Assembly (NCBI RefSeq): GCF_964204645.1
Contig: NC_134030.1
Location: forward strand, 10,747,947 to 10,811,946
Source: Tubulanus polymorphus
Taxonomy: Eukaryota; Animalia; Nemertea
Reading direction: 5' to 3'
DNA: 64,000 nt
The notes under the pieces: generated by a model
Seen by the model: the letters and a program-made list of their open reading frames with translations, nothing else
Database searches by the model: none
Told to the model about the DNA's origin: nothing
Translations under genes and position numbers: made by a program
In this document: piece after piece, positions 52,861 to 63,797 of the stretch
Position numbering within the stretch: position 1 is the first letter of the stretch
Layout: every line of letters starts with the position of its first letter

Positions 52861-55271
52861 CTAACCGCCTCGCGACCGCTGTAGCGAATACCACGGAGCA
52901 TTAAAGGGAACAAAAAAGAATGACATTTTCGTCGCAATGCATACTATTACCCGACTACGTAAATTCGATGGATTCGGGCCTGCGAATCCGCCGACGCTTT
53001 CATGAGTTTCAGTTTAGCAGTTTAGAGAAAAAAAGAATCGGATTTTACCTCAATATCGAGAAATATCGTCTTGTTGTGTCGGTGTTAAATGAGATACGCG
53101 AATCCTGCATTGAACATCAACTGTCTCTCTTGTCTCTCTATAGCTGTGTATATTGAACGTCGCTTGTGTCTTGACATTGTAGCAAATATTACATTGTGTA
53201 GATCGAGTAGTTTTTCGATTTTAATAGCGCGGAGCTGAGCTCTGGGTAGATAGTAAGACGGTTAGAAGCCGAGAGTTATTATTCGAATGAAACGAAAACT
53301 ACGCATAATTTACGAAATTCCGTTTCGTGACAATTCAGGAAAAAAAAAAAAAAAGATCGACGGATTTTAATCTAACCGCGCTGAAAATCATAATGGGTGA
53401 CCGGAACTGGGTCCTGTCGTTGCGTAACTCCGAATTTGATAAGTCCGGATTTCAGATTGTTGAAAAATGGGGTTTCAATCGAAGGCCAATCTAGTCATTA
53501 AACAAGAAATTATTGATTATACATCGATATCGGGTATCGATTATTCGGTCAATGATGATTATTTATTATTAAATCGATATATATTTTCGTCGCCATTGAA
53601 GATGATTATTTTGTAGCCTATTTGCGTCGTTTGCCACGTTTTGAGTGAATTCGAATGAATTTGAGATTGAAAGAGGAAATATAACTGCCTTTTGTGTGAA
53701 CAAATACCGTATATGAAGTCAACCTCGGTTATTCCCTCTTAATGATATTCGCTTTAGATTTCTGTGTCCAATTGGTACTTCGTAATCCATATTTTCACTT
53801 ATTCCGTAGACAAATACCTAAAAATACGTGGTCCCATCGTCAAATTTGTATTTAAGTCCTCGCATTTTCCGTGTCAGCTATCGGGATCATACATTTGTAG
53901 TGAAACGAATATAATGGTGTTTAGACCGATCAGTGTAGTACATAGTGACTTTCCACTTAGTAACGATGTTCAACGGCGCTGTTGATAGTTTTAAACTTCA
54001 TGTGCAGCTATGAACAGGAAAGTTGTCTCTGAACGAAGTGACGTTGGTAGAGAGTAGTTCCGGATTTGAGGTGCTAGAACTTAGAACGAACGGCCGCTTG
54101 AGTTGATAACTATGAGGTCAAAATTGTTATTCGTGGTATTCTCAGAAACGAAATACAATATATAACAGGTGCCAACTGTCTTTGACCTCCTGCATTTGGT
54201 GGCGGTGCCCGGTTTGGGGTTATGTTTAGCGCGTAGTCTTTTACGACCTCCGAAGTCTCCATCGGAAATTTCCGGTTGGCTCCACAAAAAATCCGAATCA
54301 CACCACCTCCTCGGAAAGGAGGTTCGGGACTCTCCGAAAGGTCATGTAACTAATGATAGAGTAAGATTGGAGGCAAACAGATTCTCTGATCTGATAAAAG
54401 AGTACACCCATAAAGTGTCTTTACAGGGTAGCTAAAATCTAAGTTATTACAGTGTTTTCAATAAAAAATTAACAAGCCAGGTCCCTTCGAAAAACAGGAG
54501 GGTCCCATAATATGTCACAGTCCCTGAAACGAAAGCTAGTTTGAAAAAACAGGCGGGTCCTTTAGAAACGACAGACGGGTCTGGGACCTGGGACCTGGCT
54601 CTTATTGAAAACACTGTAACACCCGATTTGTAGGACTGCCGATTATCTGTAATCCGTACATAACAAAATACTGAAATGCTCGGTCCCAAGCGATACCGAT
54701 TAACCGAGGTTGACTGTTAACGTGTAATAACAATAGCGGTCTGGTACCTAAACAACTTACGTATGGCGAGCTCAACGGTGAAATTTTTCGTACTGTTTTG
54801 TATTTGTCACCAGAAAAAAGACTCTTCTTGTGTACAACGAAACCCGATGGAAATATTGATATTATTATCTTCGTATTTATGTTCTTCAAAAGAGTAAAGT
54901 AGTAATGTATGCGTACGTGTAGTAGTAATTCGTAGGCAGCATGCCAGAAATAATATTCATGAAAGAAACTTTTTTGTCTGCCAGAGGTTAACGCAAATGT
55001 ACTCAAATATTTCGTTGCTTTTTTGATAACCGAGTGCGCACATTGATTACGTGTGTGTGTGCGTGCGTGTGTTTGTGAAAGCTTGTGCTTTATAAGAACA
55101 ATGCTCATTTAGGTCGTATTTATTGGCTGTGTTGAACTGAAGAATTACCGGTTGCGTCGTACCTATTTATGACGAGCATTTTCTATTCAAAAATGTCTGT
55201 GTATCCTCCACGACTTGCGGCACGGGATTCCATTCGACATGTCGTGAGTTGGAATTTTGTCAGAGATTTTA

Positions 55272-55449
55272 CGGTGGAACCTCGTTACTTACAGCGAACT
55301 TCACGGGACCAGAAAATATGTTCGTTATAACCGATAGTTCGTTATATCCAGTATGAAATTAATCAAATTGTCTTACTCGCGACGGATTCCTATATTTGTC
55401 ATAACCGATGAATCGTTGTATCCGAGTTAGTTGTAACGAGGTTCTACTG
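55272..55449. mobile_element. Tc1/mariner (pogo-like) MITE with TA TSD
   Basis: TA-CGGTGGAACCTCGTTAC ... GTAACGAGGTTCTACTG-TA. Confidence 0.7.
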
Positions 55450-58400
55450 TATAATGATCAAACAGACCAGAGTTGGTCGCGTTATTATTGTATGCAACCG
55501 CGGGATGCCAGGTCATCGGTTCAAATCCTTCCCACTACCCCAGTGTCCCTTTCGCGATGACCTTAAAAGTGCTTAACAAATATCATCATTGTCATCATCA
55601 TCATCATCACTGTCATCAAAACTAAAAGTCAAAATTTTTAAGGTTGGCTGTCAACTATGAGGTATTTCGTAGTTCCACTGCAATTGTCACCTAAATGATT
55701 TATCTTGTAGCTGATTATCTTGTTCACACGAAATTCAGGTCTTAGGAAATATGTGTGTACCGCATACTTCCGAATTGGCCAGAATACCGCGCTTACAGAA
55801 CCAATTGCGTTCACACCTGATTCGGTGCTTAGTAAGCCCAGTTTAGTTATTCATCCGTGATGTCGATGTTGGGAGAGTTTCCCAGATGACGTTTCAGTGC
55901 TGTCTTCGTTTTCTTGTACCGGTATTTTCAATTCTTTCTTAACTTACTCTCTTGTCCTTTTAAAGGCTGGGGTTAAGCTTTGGATCTTTTGGGACCGTAA
56001 AAATGTGTCCAACTTAAGGGTGATATCCATATAAGAGTTGGATGTTTTGTATTTCGTAGTGTCGCAAAAAAATATTTCAAAAAACATTTATCGAAATATT
56101 ATTTGTTTGAACACTTATCCGATTTGATCGGTACCTACTCGGGCGGAGAGTCTCTACTGTATAAAGCGCAGGTCAGCTGCGTTCTTCCATTCTGGGATTT
56201 GAACCTGATGGCATGGCGAGGTATAAAAACTTGCTCTTGAGCCCGATTCTGAAGCGCTCCTGTCAACCATGACGGGCAGATTATGAAATTCATTATGAAA
56301 TTAATGATGATCCACTTTCAAATACGCTTAATTTGTAGGTCGTTTTAGTGATATGAAAGCAAAATTCATATGCGCGTAAATTTTACTTTCTGTTTTCATC
56401 GCCGATGATAGATTTTAACGCAAGTATGTCGCTGTACAGTTTATGACTGAGAGCTATGATTGTAATTATTTGTTTTGTAAAAACGAAGATAGCATGTTTT
56501 ATTATTATTATCATTATTATTATTATTGATTATTATTAAGTAATTGAAATTATTAATTAATTAATTATTGATATGAGATAGTTTCATTTTTTGTACATTG
56601 TACTGTGACGATGTGTTTATATGAATATATTGATGTAGAAACCGAGACTGTTAATATTAATACGACATTTGATGTAAAAAAGATAAAAGATATGAATAAA
56701 GTTATAATATTAATGGTTGTACGTATCTGAAAATAATGCGTTATCGTTTTATTGACTTTGTCGTATTGTTGTAATAACGGCTGAGACCAGTTCCGAAATA
56801 AGCTCCCACTCATGTCTCTGACTAGTGGGTTTAGCGACATGCCTAATAAGTAGTATCACAGGATTCATAGAGGTCCTCAAAAGCCATGGAATGGGAATTG
56901 GTCAATTCAAGGCCTTGAAAGTCATGGAAAGGCCTCTTACATCCTTGAATGATGGTCATGGTCCTTGAATGGCATCTGCCTTACCACGCCAATACAATTT
57001 GAAGCTTTTTGTCACACCTTCTGGGCTCTATGGCTCGGTTTCGGCCTTTGTAGCGTATATGTAAATTTCAGAGAATGGATCAAAATGTTTCAGGCACCGA
57101 AAACTGAAATTTGCCACAGGGGCCTGACACAAAATGGTTTTGAATCGTATCCTAGGTGCTAAATATGAAAGAACGTGTTTTTCAATCTCTGCGTGGTTTT
57201 AATTAAAACGGAAATAACGATATTCAGAAGTTAGTTCAGGGTCCACTTATAAGTTCATAAGCCCTCGTTTGTAGAAATCGGTTCGGAATTACTCGTCAAA
57301 AGCAATGCTCAAACTAATGTGTGTGTGTGCGTGTGTGTGTGTACAAGACAAGGAAGCCAACAGTTCCTGTGAAATTTGCCTTATCTTTCTCGTTAACTCA
57401 TCGTTGGAGCAACGCCTTGCAAACGTAGCTAGGGTATTTTGAATTTCGGGAGGCATCCTGGGGACCTCATTCAGGAATAATGAAAATTTTATTTTTAGTT
57501 GAGATATGTCTAATTATCCACAATGTGGCGTAAGCCCGTTCGTCAAATGAAATAATTAACCTTTACAGTACAACTCGTCTCGTTATTCTACACCCGATTA
57601 ACACACCGCCTCCTAGTCCGTGAAAGACACGATACTGAAATTGTTATTAAATATAATAAAATAATTCGTGTTTCTTATTTTCTGTGTGAATGAACTTTAT
57701 TTGTCGTTTGTGGATATAGATAGATTTTAGGTTACCACAAAAACAATTTGAAGGCTTATTTTTGGTTTATGAATGGCAGATTAAAGTGGGCCTCGACTGC
57801 CGACCCACAGTCTTTTGACAAAGCTTATTTGACTGATGACCCAGGGCCAAATTCGGTTATCGTATCTAGTCGACAAGTGGTCGGGACTAATAATCGAATG
57901 CGCTTGATTTTCGAACTATTTCCGAAATATAGTTCCGACTAACGAACATTCGGTTTCGAATATAGTCGGACTAACTCAGATAACCGAAGGTGGCCCTGGC
58001 ATGCGAGGCTGTAGCTGCGGGGATTGCTCCGAGAACATCCAATATCGCGGCAGTTCTCACATACCCGAACTAGAGATTATCTCCGAGGTTCGGCGGTAAA
58101 TATTCTCGGGGAATTATCGAATTTAATCGTGAAACAAACGTTCAATTGGCCTAAACCACCGGTATGCGTGAATGAAATCGTGCACGGCCAGAAAGTCCCC
58201 ATTGAAAAAATCGCCTGCACCGGCGTGAACTTAACCGGAACTGAGCAGAAAATTTAAGAACACGTGGAAGAGGCCGACTCATGCACAAATGATCATTTTT
58301 TTCATTGAATAATCAATTTCGAGCGTAGATATTTAGATCTAAAAATAGCGATTGACCTAGATATTTGGAGTCCTTTACAAACCCACCACGTGACCTGCCG

Positions 58401-58721
58401 GGATAAAAACGGCGGGAGTTAGATTTTGAAATCGGAAATCAAGTACAGATATAGTTGTGTGAACTAGTCACCGGGCACTGATCAACCAAAAGTGAAAATG
58501 TTCTTGGATTCGATTTTGGTTTATAGCTGAGTAAAGGAGTGTTACACGTAAAAGGTAATTTTAAACGGAAGAATTGACTCGGTCAAAGTAAAAATATCAG
58601 GCTAGCTTATCAATGAATTGCGCAATGCTTAACGGCGGAGGTCTTCTACAGTGGCCATTTTAGTTGTTCCGGTGAGATATTATCATTATCCCGGGGTTAC
58701 TCGTCCTATAATCGTTCTACG

Positions 58722-59708
58722 CTAGTGGCTACCCCACATAGATTTTAGTTCTTTCTTGAATTTAGGGCTATAGATGAAATAAAATATACCGTTGACACTC
58801 GAGTTCAGAGTTTGAAAAACGTCACTTGTAAGCAACAAAGGCCATCTAATGGTGTTTGGAAAAATAATCATTAAATTATAAGCTATATCGGGCAGATTGA
58901 ATACCACGAATATAGCAGATGCTATGAAAACCATCCTCGAAGCCCCGTTCTGTTTATTTTGATTATCAGTTTTGGGACCGGTTAGATTACTTCTAGCCTT
59001 TTCGTGACTTTTTAACTTCAGAATCATGATTACGTTCAATATCGGTACAAGTGCAACTGGGAAATATGTTGAGAAAATATTTTTTAGAAGACTAGCTGTC
59101 ACGGGTTGATTATAGATGTTTTTGTGATTAAGCATACGCTTACCGAAGGTACATTCATTAATGATGTACACAATTGTCCTGTCTTGAGTCCGTAAACAAA
59201 GATCCACCGTCCACGCGATGAAGAATATCGCAAAAACGATGTTGCATTGCTTTAACTTCCAAAGTCTTTTAGCCTTTATTGGAAAACAAATGTTAAACGC
59301 TCGGTCGAACGTCACTAGTACAGTTAAGCTGTTACGAATGTAAAATGTCCATTTTAATAGCAAATTGCCCGCTATGTATAGTTCCGGCGCCGCTTTCGCA
59401 CCGTCTAAAAACACCCCCATTCTTCCGTGGCGGCTGATTCTGAGCACCCAATTCAACTGATTGTACATAATGGTTCCGACGCTAGCTAAATCGTCAAAGA
59501 TGGCGAGTAACATAAGTATGAAATATGAAGTTGCGGGCTGGTTTAGTTTATGTAAACGGTACAAGACGAAGACTGTGATCATGTTAGCGAATAAACCGAA
59601 CCATCCTATTGTACCTATCACTGTAACACAGACTAGATTCCATATAACGCGTCGTGTCGGGAAACATTTTTCAGCAACCGATTCGTTGAACCACTGAACA
59701 CGTTCCAT
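58722..59708 (-). CDS. Intronless class A (rhodopsin-like) GPCR, FMRFamide-receptor-like orphan, 328 aa
   Basis: Single ORF with seven hydrophobic segments: TM1 GLFANMITVFVL, TM2 LAIFD, TM3 end VTFDRAFNICFP (DRY variant), TM5 YFPVALVPILNV, TM6 FVVFNLP, TM7 LNSSVNGIFYFIYSPKFK (NPxxY variant); N-glycosylation site NES near the N-terminus. Confidence 0.88.
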   Translation of the reverse strand: MERVQWFNESVAEKCFPTRRVIWNLVCVTVIGTIGWFGLFANMITVFVLYRLHKLNQPATSYFILMLLAIFDDLASVGTIMYNQLNWVLRISRHGRMGVFLDGAKAAPELYIAGNLLLKWTFYIRNSLTVLVTFDRAFNICFPIKAKRLWKLKQCNIVFAIFFIAWTVDLCLRTQDRTIVYIINECTFGKRMLNHKNIYNQPVTASLLKNIFSTYFPVALVPILNVIMILKLKSHEKARSNLTGPKTDNQNKQNGASRMVFIASAIFVVFNLPDIAYNLMIIFPNTIRWPLLLTSDVFQTLNSSVNGIFYFIYSPKFKKELKSMWGSH

Positions 59709-61187
59709 GACAGGCGTGTACCCTACAATTTAGACGCGCCGTCGAGACAAGCTTGTCATTATATGCGACGTTTGTCCTCGGTGAATGCTATCTGTGAGAT
59801 TCTGTGAAATGAATGGTAAAATGAAACATATATCTATCCGTTCATACGCAGATTGAGCTAGCGGTTTGACAACCCGAATACGAATAAATTACGACTAGTT
59901 GAAACACGTCTAGCCTTCATAATTCCGACTAACTATTAGCCTTACATGGCGGATCCAGGGTCAGAGGAAGGGTAAGCCCAATGGGCCTAGTTTCCAGGCT
60001 TCACCGTAATTTCGTTGCTGACATTAATCATCATCAAAAATTCGAGATTATGCTTTCATGTATATCACGATACTTTGAGACAACCGATCTTGTCGGCTAC
60101 ATAACCAAAAATACATTTTTGATATAACTGTGATACTATTATATAAACACTTTTTGGTTTAGGTTTAGTTGTTTCGTTTGTGTGTTAATTTTGATGCTTT
60201 GTTGACTAAGATAGATAATCTAATCAGCGATGGTTGCACAGCCCGGGATCCTTGTTTTGTCCTGTATAATCCTGTAATGTCCAAGAAGACCAAAACACGA
60301 TGATGATTAATTGTTGATCATTATGATTGTGAGTCTTAAGCCAGTAAGTATTAATATAATGGTGGAGAACCCGATATTTTTCCATGAATACTATTCATTA
60401 TGGTTCTTCTTTCTTTCTTTTTTGATCGAATAAGATATCAGACAATACGCACGAAACGTATATAATCCTTAGATAAGTCAATTAAAGACTTCATTAAAGT
60501 ACCAAAATTAAGGGTACTGTTTATCTCAAAATTCTCAAAAAATTTTGGATAGGTTGCGAGTCCTCAGGATAGAAATCATCCTCATGTTGTCAGCCAGTAT
60601 GGCGTTCCAAATTTAGTGTAAGTAAAACCAATGTGAATGCATTACAGTAAGATTGCTCGGTAATCTGCCAACGGTCTTTCGATTTACCGTTTTCGCTAGC
60701 ATATTGCATCATCACCAAAATATCGTTAAATTTCATGCTTACTACCAATTGTAGGTCATAAATTAAATTTGAACATGATATCATTGACCACGCACGTACC
60801 CACAGGACTGGAAACCTTTTTTTCGGTAAGGTTGTGACTCTCTGATACTACAAAGTACCCGCTGAAAGTGCATGGCGATATATTTTATTTATTTAATGAA
60901 AACCTGTGTCATTCGACTAGTAAAGACAGCTCTGGGTCATCTGAAACAGATACGGGTTAAAATGTAACCATTAACCTCTGACGTCATAATGGTGCAGGAA
61001 CTCCTGTAATTAATATCCCGATAAACTTCCATACTCTCTATACCACCAAAATCCCGAATCCGCGATGTTGGCTATATATCGGAGATATGAATAAAAATCA
61101 GAAGACATTTTGCACGATACAGTCGTTTATCTTTAAAGGAATTAAAACACATGGTGTCATCTACAACAAGAAAACTACCTGAAATGT

Positions 61188-61458
61188 GAGTAATAGGGAT
61201 AATGGGCTTTCATACCAAAGGTCGAAAGGTCGAGCTCATAAAAAATGAAAAATATGAAAATAATAACAATTTCTATTTGAATTAGTAGCGAAACTCATAT
61301 AAAATGAAAAATAATTCTCGCACACTCGAATTTATTTTTCATTTTATATGAGTTTCACCCCTAATTCAAATAGAAATTATTATTATTTTCATATTTTTCA
61401 TTTTTTACTCACTAGCCCTTTCAACCTTTGATATGAGAGCCCATTATCCCTGTTACTC
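61188..61458. repeat. About 270-bp imperfect foldback at the boundary of the AT-rich island
   Basis: The left arm GAGTAATAGGGATAATGGGCTTTCATACCAAAGG...CTCATATAAAATGAAAAATAA pairs with the right arm ending CCTTTGATATGAGAGCCCATTATCCCTGTTACTC; arms about 130 bp, short loop. Confidence 0.88.
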
Positions 61459-61718
61459 TTAAAATATTTATATACATGAATAAAATATATATGAATAACA
61501 TATAAATTGATAGATTATTCAATATAAAAGTGTGAGTAAAGTGTGAGCTCTTATAGAATAGATATAAAAGTATATATTTACAACATTATTTCAATATTCA
61601 TATTTTTGTGAGTTAGATTTTTAAACATTAAAAGTGTTAGTAAAGTGTGATTGAAATAATACATGATATAAATCATTGAACTTCTAAAATCAATTTAGTT
61701 AAAAAATATGTATAATAA

Positions 61719-62390
61719 ATGGAATCAGAACAACCACAAACTATCAATATTACAAATAACACTGGTGGTGTTATAAATATATACTACAATAAGTGTTCTA
61801 AATGTGAATTAGATAAATTAGCTTTAACAGAATTTAGTAAGCGTAAGATTAGCAAAGATGGTTTTCAATATTGCTGTAAAACTTGTTTTAAACTATATAC
61901 CAAACAATATCGAGAAGATAATAGAGAAGCTTATAATGATTATATGACAGAATATATGAGAGAAAGATATCAAACAGATCTTAATTTTAGATTAAAACAA
62001 TGTTTAAGATCTAGATTAACACAATTATTCAACAAAGAAACACATTCAGAAGAACTATCTAATCTATTGGGTTGTTCAGATGAATTTCTCAAATCATGGA
62101 TTATATTTCAATTCGATGATAAAATGAATATAGATAATTATGGTGAATACTTTCATATTGCTCACGTGTTGCCGATTTCTAAATTTGACATGAGTGATGA
62201 TTATAATAAGAAGCTAATATGGAATTGGAAGAATCTAAGACCTTTAGAAAAGAAGGAAAACATAATTAAATCCAATAAACTAGATTTACAGTTATATTTA
62301 GATCAACTGGATAAAGCAAAGACATTTGTTGAATTATGGAATAGTATTTCACAGAATCAACCGCATTCTGAGGTTTTGATCAGTGGTTAG
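61719..62390 (+). CDS. Virus-type HNH / endonuclease VII-like protein with N-terminal zinc ribbon (223 aa), possibly inactive
   Basis: Intronless AT-rich ORF. KCSKC..EFSKRKISKDG..CCKTC forms a CxxC/CxxC ribbon, followed by a helical linker and LLGCS.EFLK.W...QFDDKM..DNYGEYFHIAHVLPISKFD...NWKNLRPLEKKEN..KSNK. This pattern is typical of His-Me finger endonucleases of large DNA viruses and phages (consensus recalled as NYG..WHIDH..P...FD...NLQPL...EN..KS). Confidence 0.78.
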   Translation: MESEQPQTINITNNTGGVINIYYNKCSKCELDKLALTEFSKRKISKDGFQYCCKTCFKLYTKQYREDNREAYNDYMTEYMRERYQTDLNFRLKQCLRSRLTQLFNKETHSEELSNLLGCSDEFLKSWIIFQFDDKMNIDNYGEYFHIAHVLPISKFDMSDDYNKKLIWNWKNLRPLEKKENIIKSNKLDLQLYLDQLDKAKTFVELWNSISQNQPHSEVLISG

Positions 62391-62728
62391 AAAGCTGGCA
62401 ATTCTATTTGAGCTTTGTATGTATATAATACATAGCTTTTGCTTACTACTAAAACATATGTTGCCAAATATATCTTGTTTTCAATTCTAAAGAATTAATT
62501 AACTTCATCATAAAGAACATCTGTGCAGAAGTAATTAGTTTGGTCGAACGTGCGCCACGTTGGCAGTTAGAAATCAACTTTCACATACATAGTACGTATT
62601 GGATATTCTCTCTCAAAACACAGTTTACAGTTCTAAATCTAAATGTAAGTACATATATTATGAAGTAGGGAAACCTTTAGACATATTTAAGTACAGTAAT
62701 TCATTTTCACGACATCTTTTAGATTAAA

Positions 62729-63196
62729 ATGGAATACAGAGATCAACCAGAAATTCTAAGCCAACCAACGGATGAGGAACGATTGCTACTGGATAGTGAA
62801 ACTCAGGAATCAATAGAAATGGAGGATGAAACTCTCGTAATTGACGAACAAACTTCACAAAAATTACAAGAACATTTGGACTATCATCAAGAAATGGTGA
62901 AAATTCTGAGTGATGTAATACATAATAAACAATTACCGCGCGAACTACAATTACCAAAATTACCAGCAACGCGACTTAAATTGCTATTGGGACTCGAAGA
63001 ATCGAAAACTAAGAAAATGAGTGGATATATCAGCGCCGGTTTTGAAAGAAAACTGAGAAGAGTAGGTAGATTAATAAAATATGAAAAATTCAAAATATTA
63101 GGATTAGCATTTAGTGAAGTAGTAAGATATTTACCAGAAATTGAAGAAATGATTGGAAACAATCCAGTAATTAAAGAATTCTGGACAAAATTATAA
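62729..63196 (+). CDS. Hypothetical protein (155 aa; acidic N-terminus, basic/helical C-terminus) in the virus-like island
   Basis: Intronless ATG-to-TAA ORF of 468 nt in very AT-rich DNA where stops are frequent; co-oriented with its neighbours; TAAAATG start context. No recognisable domain. Confidence 0.55.
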   Translation: MEYRDQPEILSQPTDEERLLLDSETQESIEMEDETLVIDEQTSQKLQEHLDYHQEMVKILSDVIHNKQLPRELQLPKLPATRLKLLLGLEESKTKKMSGYISAGFERKLRRVGRLIKYEKFKILGLAFSEVVRYLPEIEEMIGNNPVIKEFWTKL

Positions 63197-63797
63197 ATTA
63201 TAACACTGAAGGTCTTTGTAATATAGATATCAAAAATGTAATCTCGATTGTATATATCTGTTTCAATATTGTATTGATTACTGTTAACTAAGCATTGCGC
63301 AATAACCGGTCCGATTGGACCGCATTTCTATTGTTCTCCATTGTTCTATTATTGATCGCTAAAATTTACATAATAAATATATGTGTTTATGAAATAATAT
63401 TTCCACCAGTCGTTTCTTTGAATATATTTTCAGTTTTAGGATTTATTATCGATAATCCGAAATGACTTATTTGGACAGTTATAGTTACTGCTCCTATAGA
63501 TAAACAATAGTAGTGAGATGGTGCCGTACGGCACCCACATGGTGATAATCTAAATCCTAATTTAAATAAAATATAATAAAAAAACAATAACTTCAACTAG
63601 CTAGTGAATTCTATTATATTTTTAATATTTTCTTTTGGTAATTCTAATTGACATTAGATTGAATAGATTTTGAATAGATTTGAATAGAAATTCTTTAACT
63701 TTAACTAACCTAGTCAATTTAGTATTAACCTAAAGAGATACTGGTATCATTTTATGATACTTATAATATTTTTTTTTGCTTTTTTTCTCTAATATAA

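Noticed and set aside
61191-61208. Resemblance to the I-SceI homing site (TAGGGATAA...) upstream of an endonuclease gene
   Set aside because: Only the first 9 of 18 bases match, and I-SceI is a LAGLIDADG enzyme unrelated to this HNH protein; coincidence.
61501-61700. Mimivirus early promoter AAAATTGA
   Set aside because: Only imperfect matches (TAAATTGA, TCAATTTA) in very AT-rich DNA.
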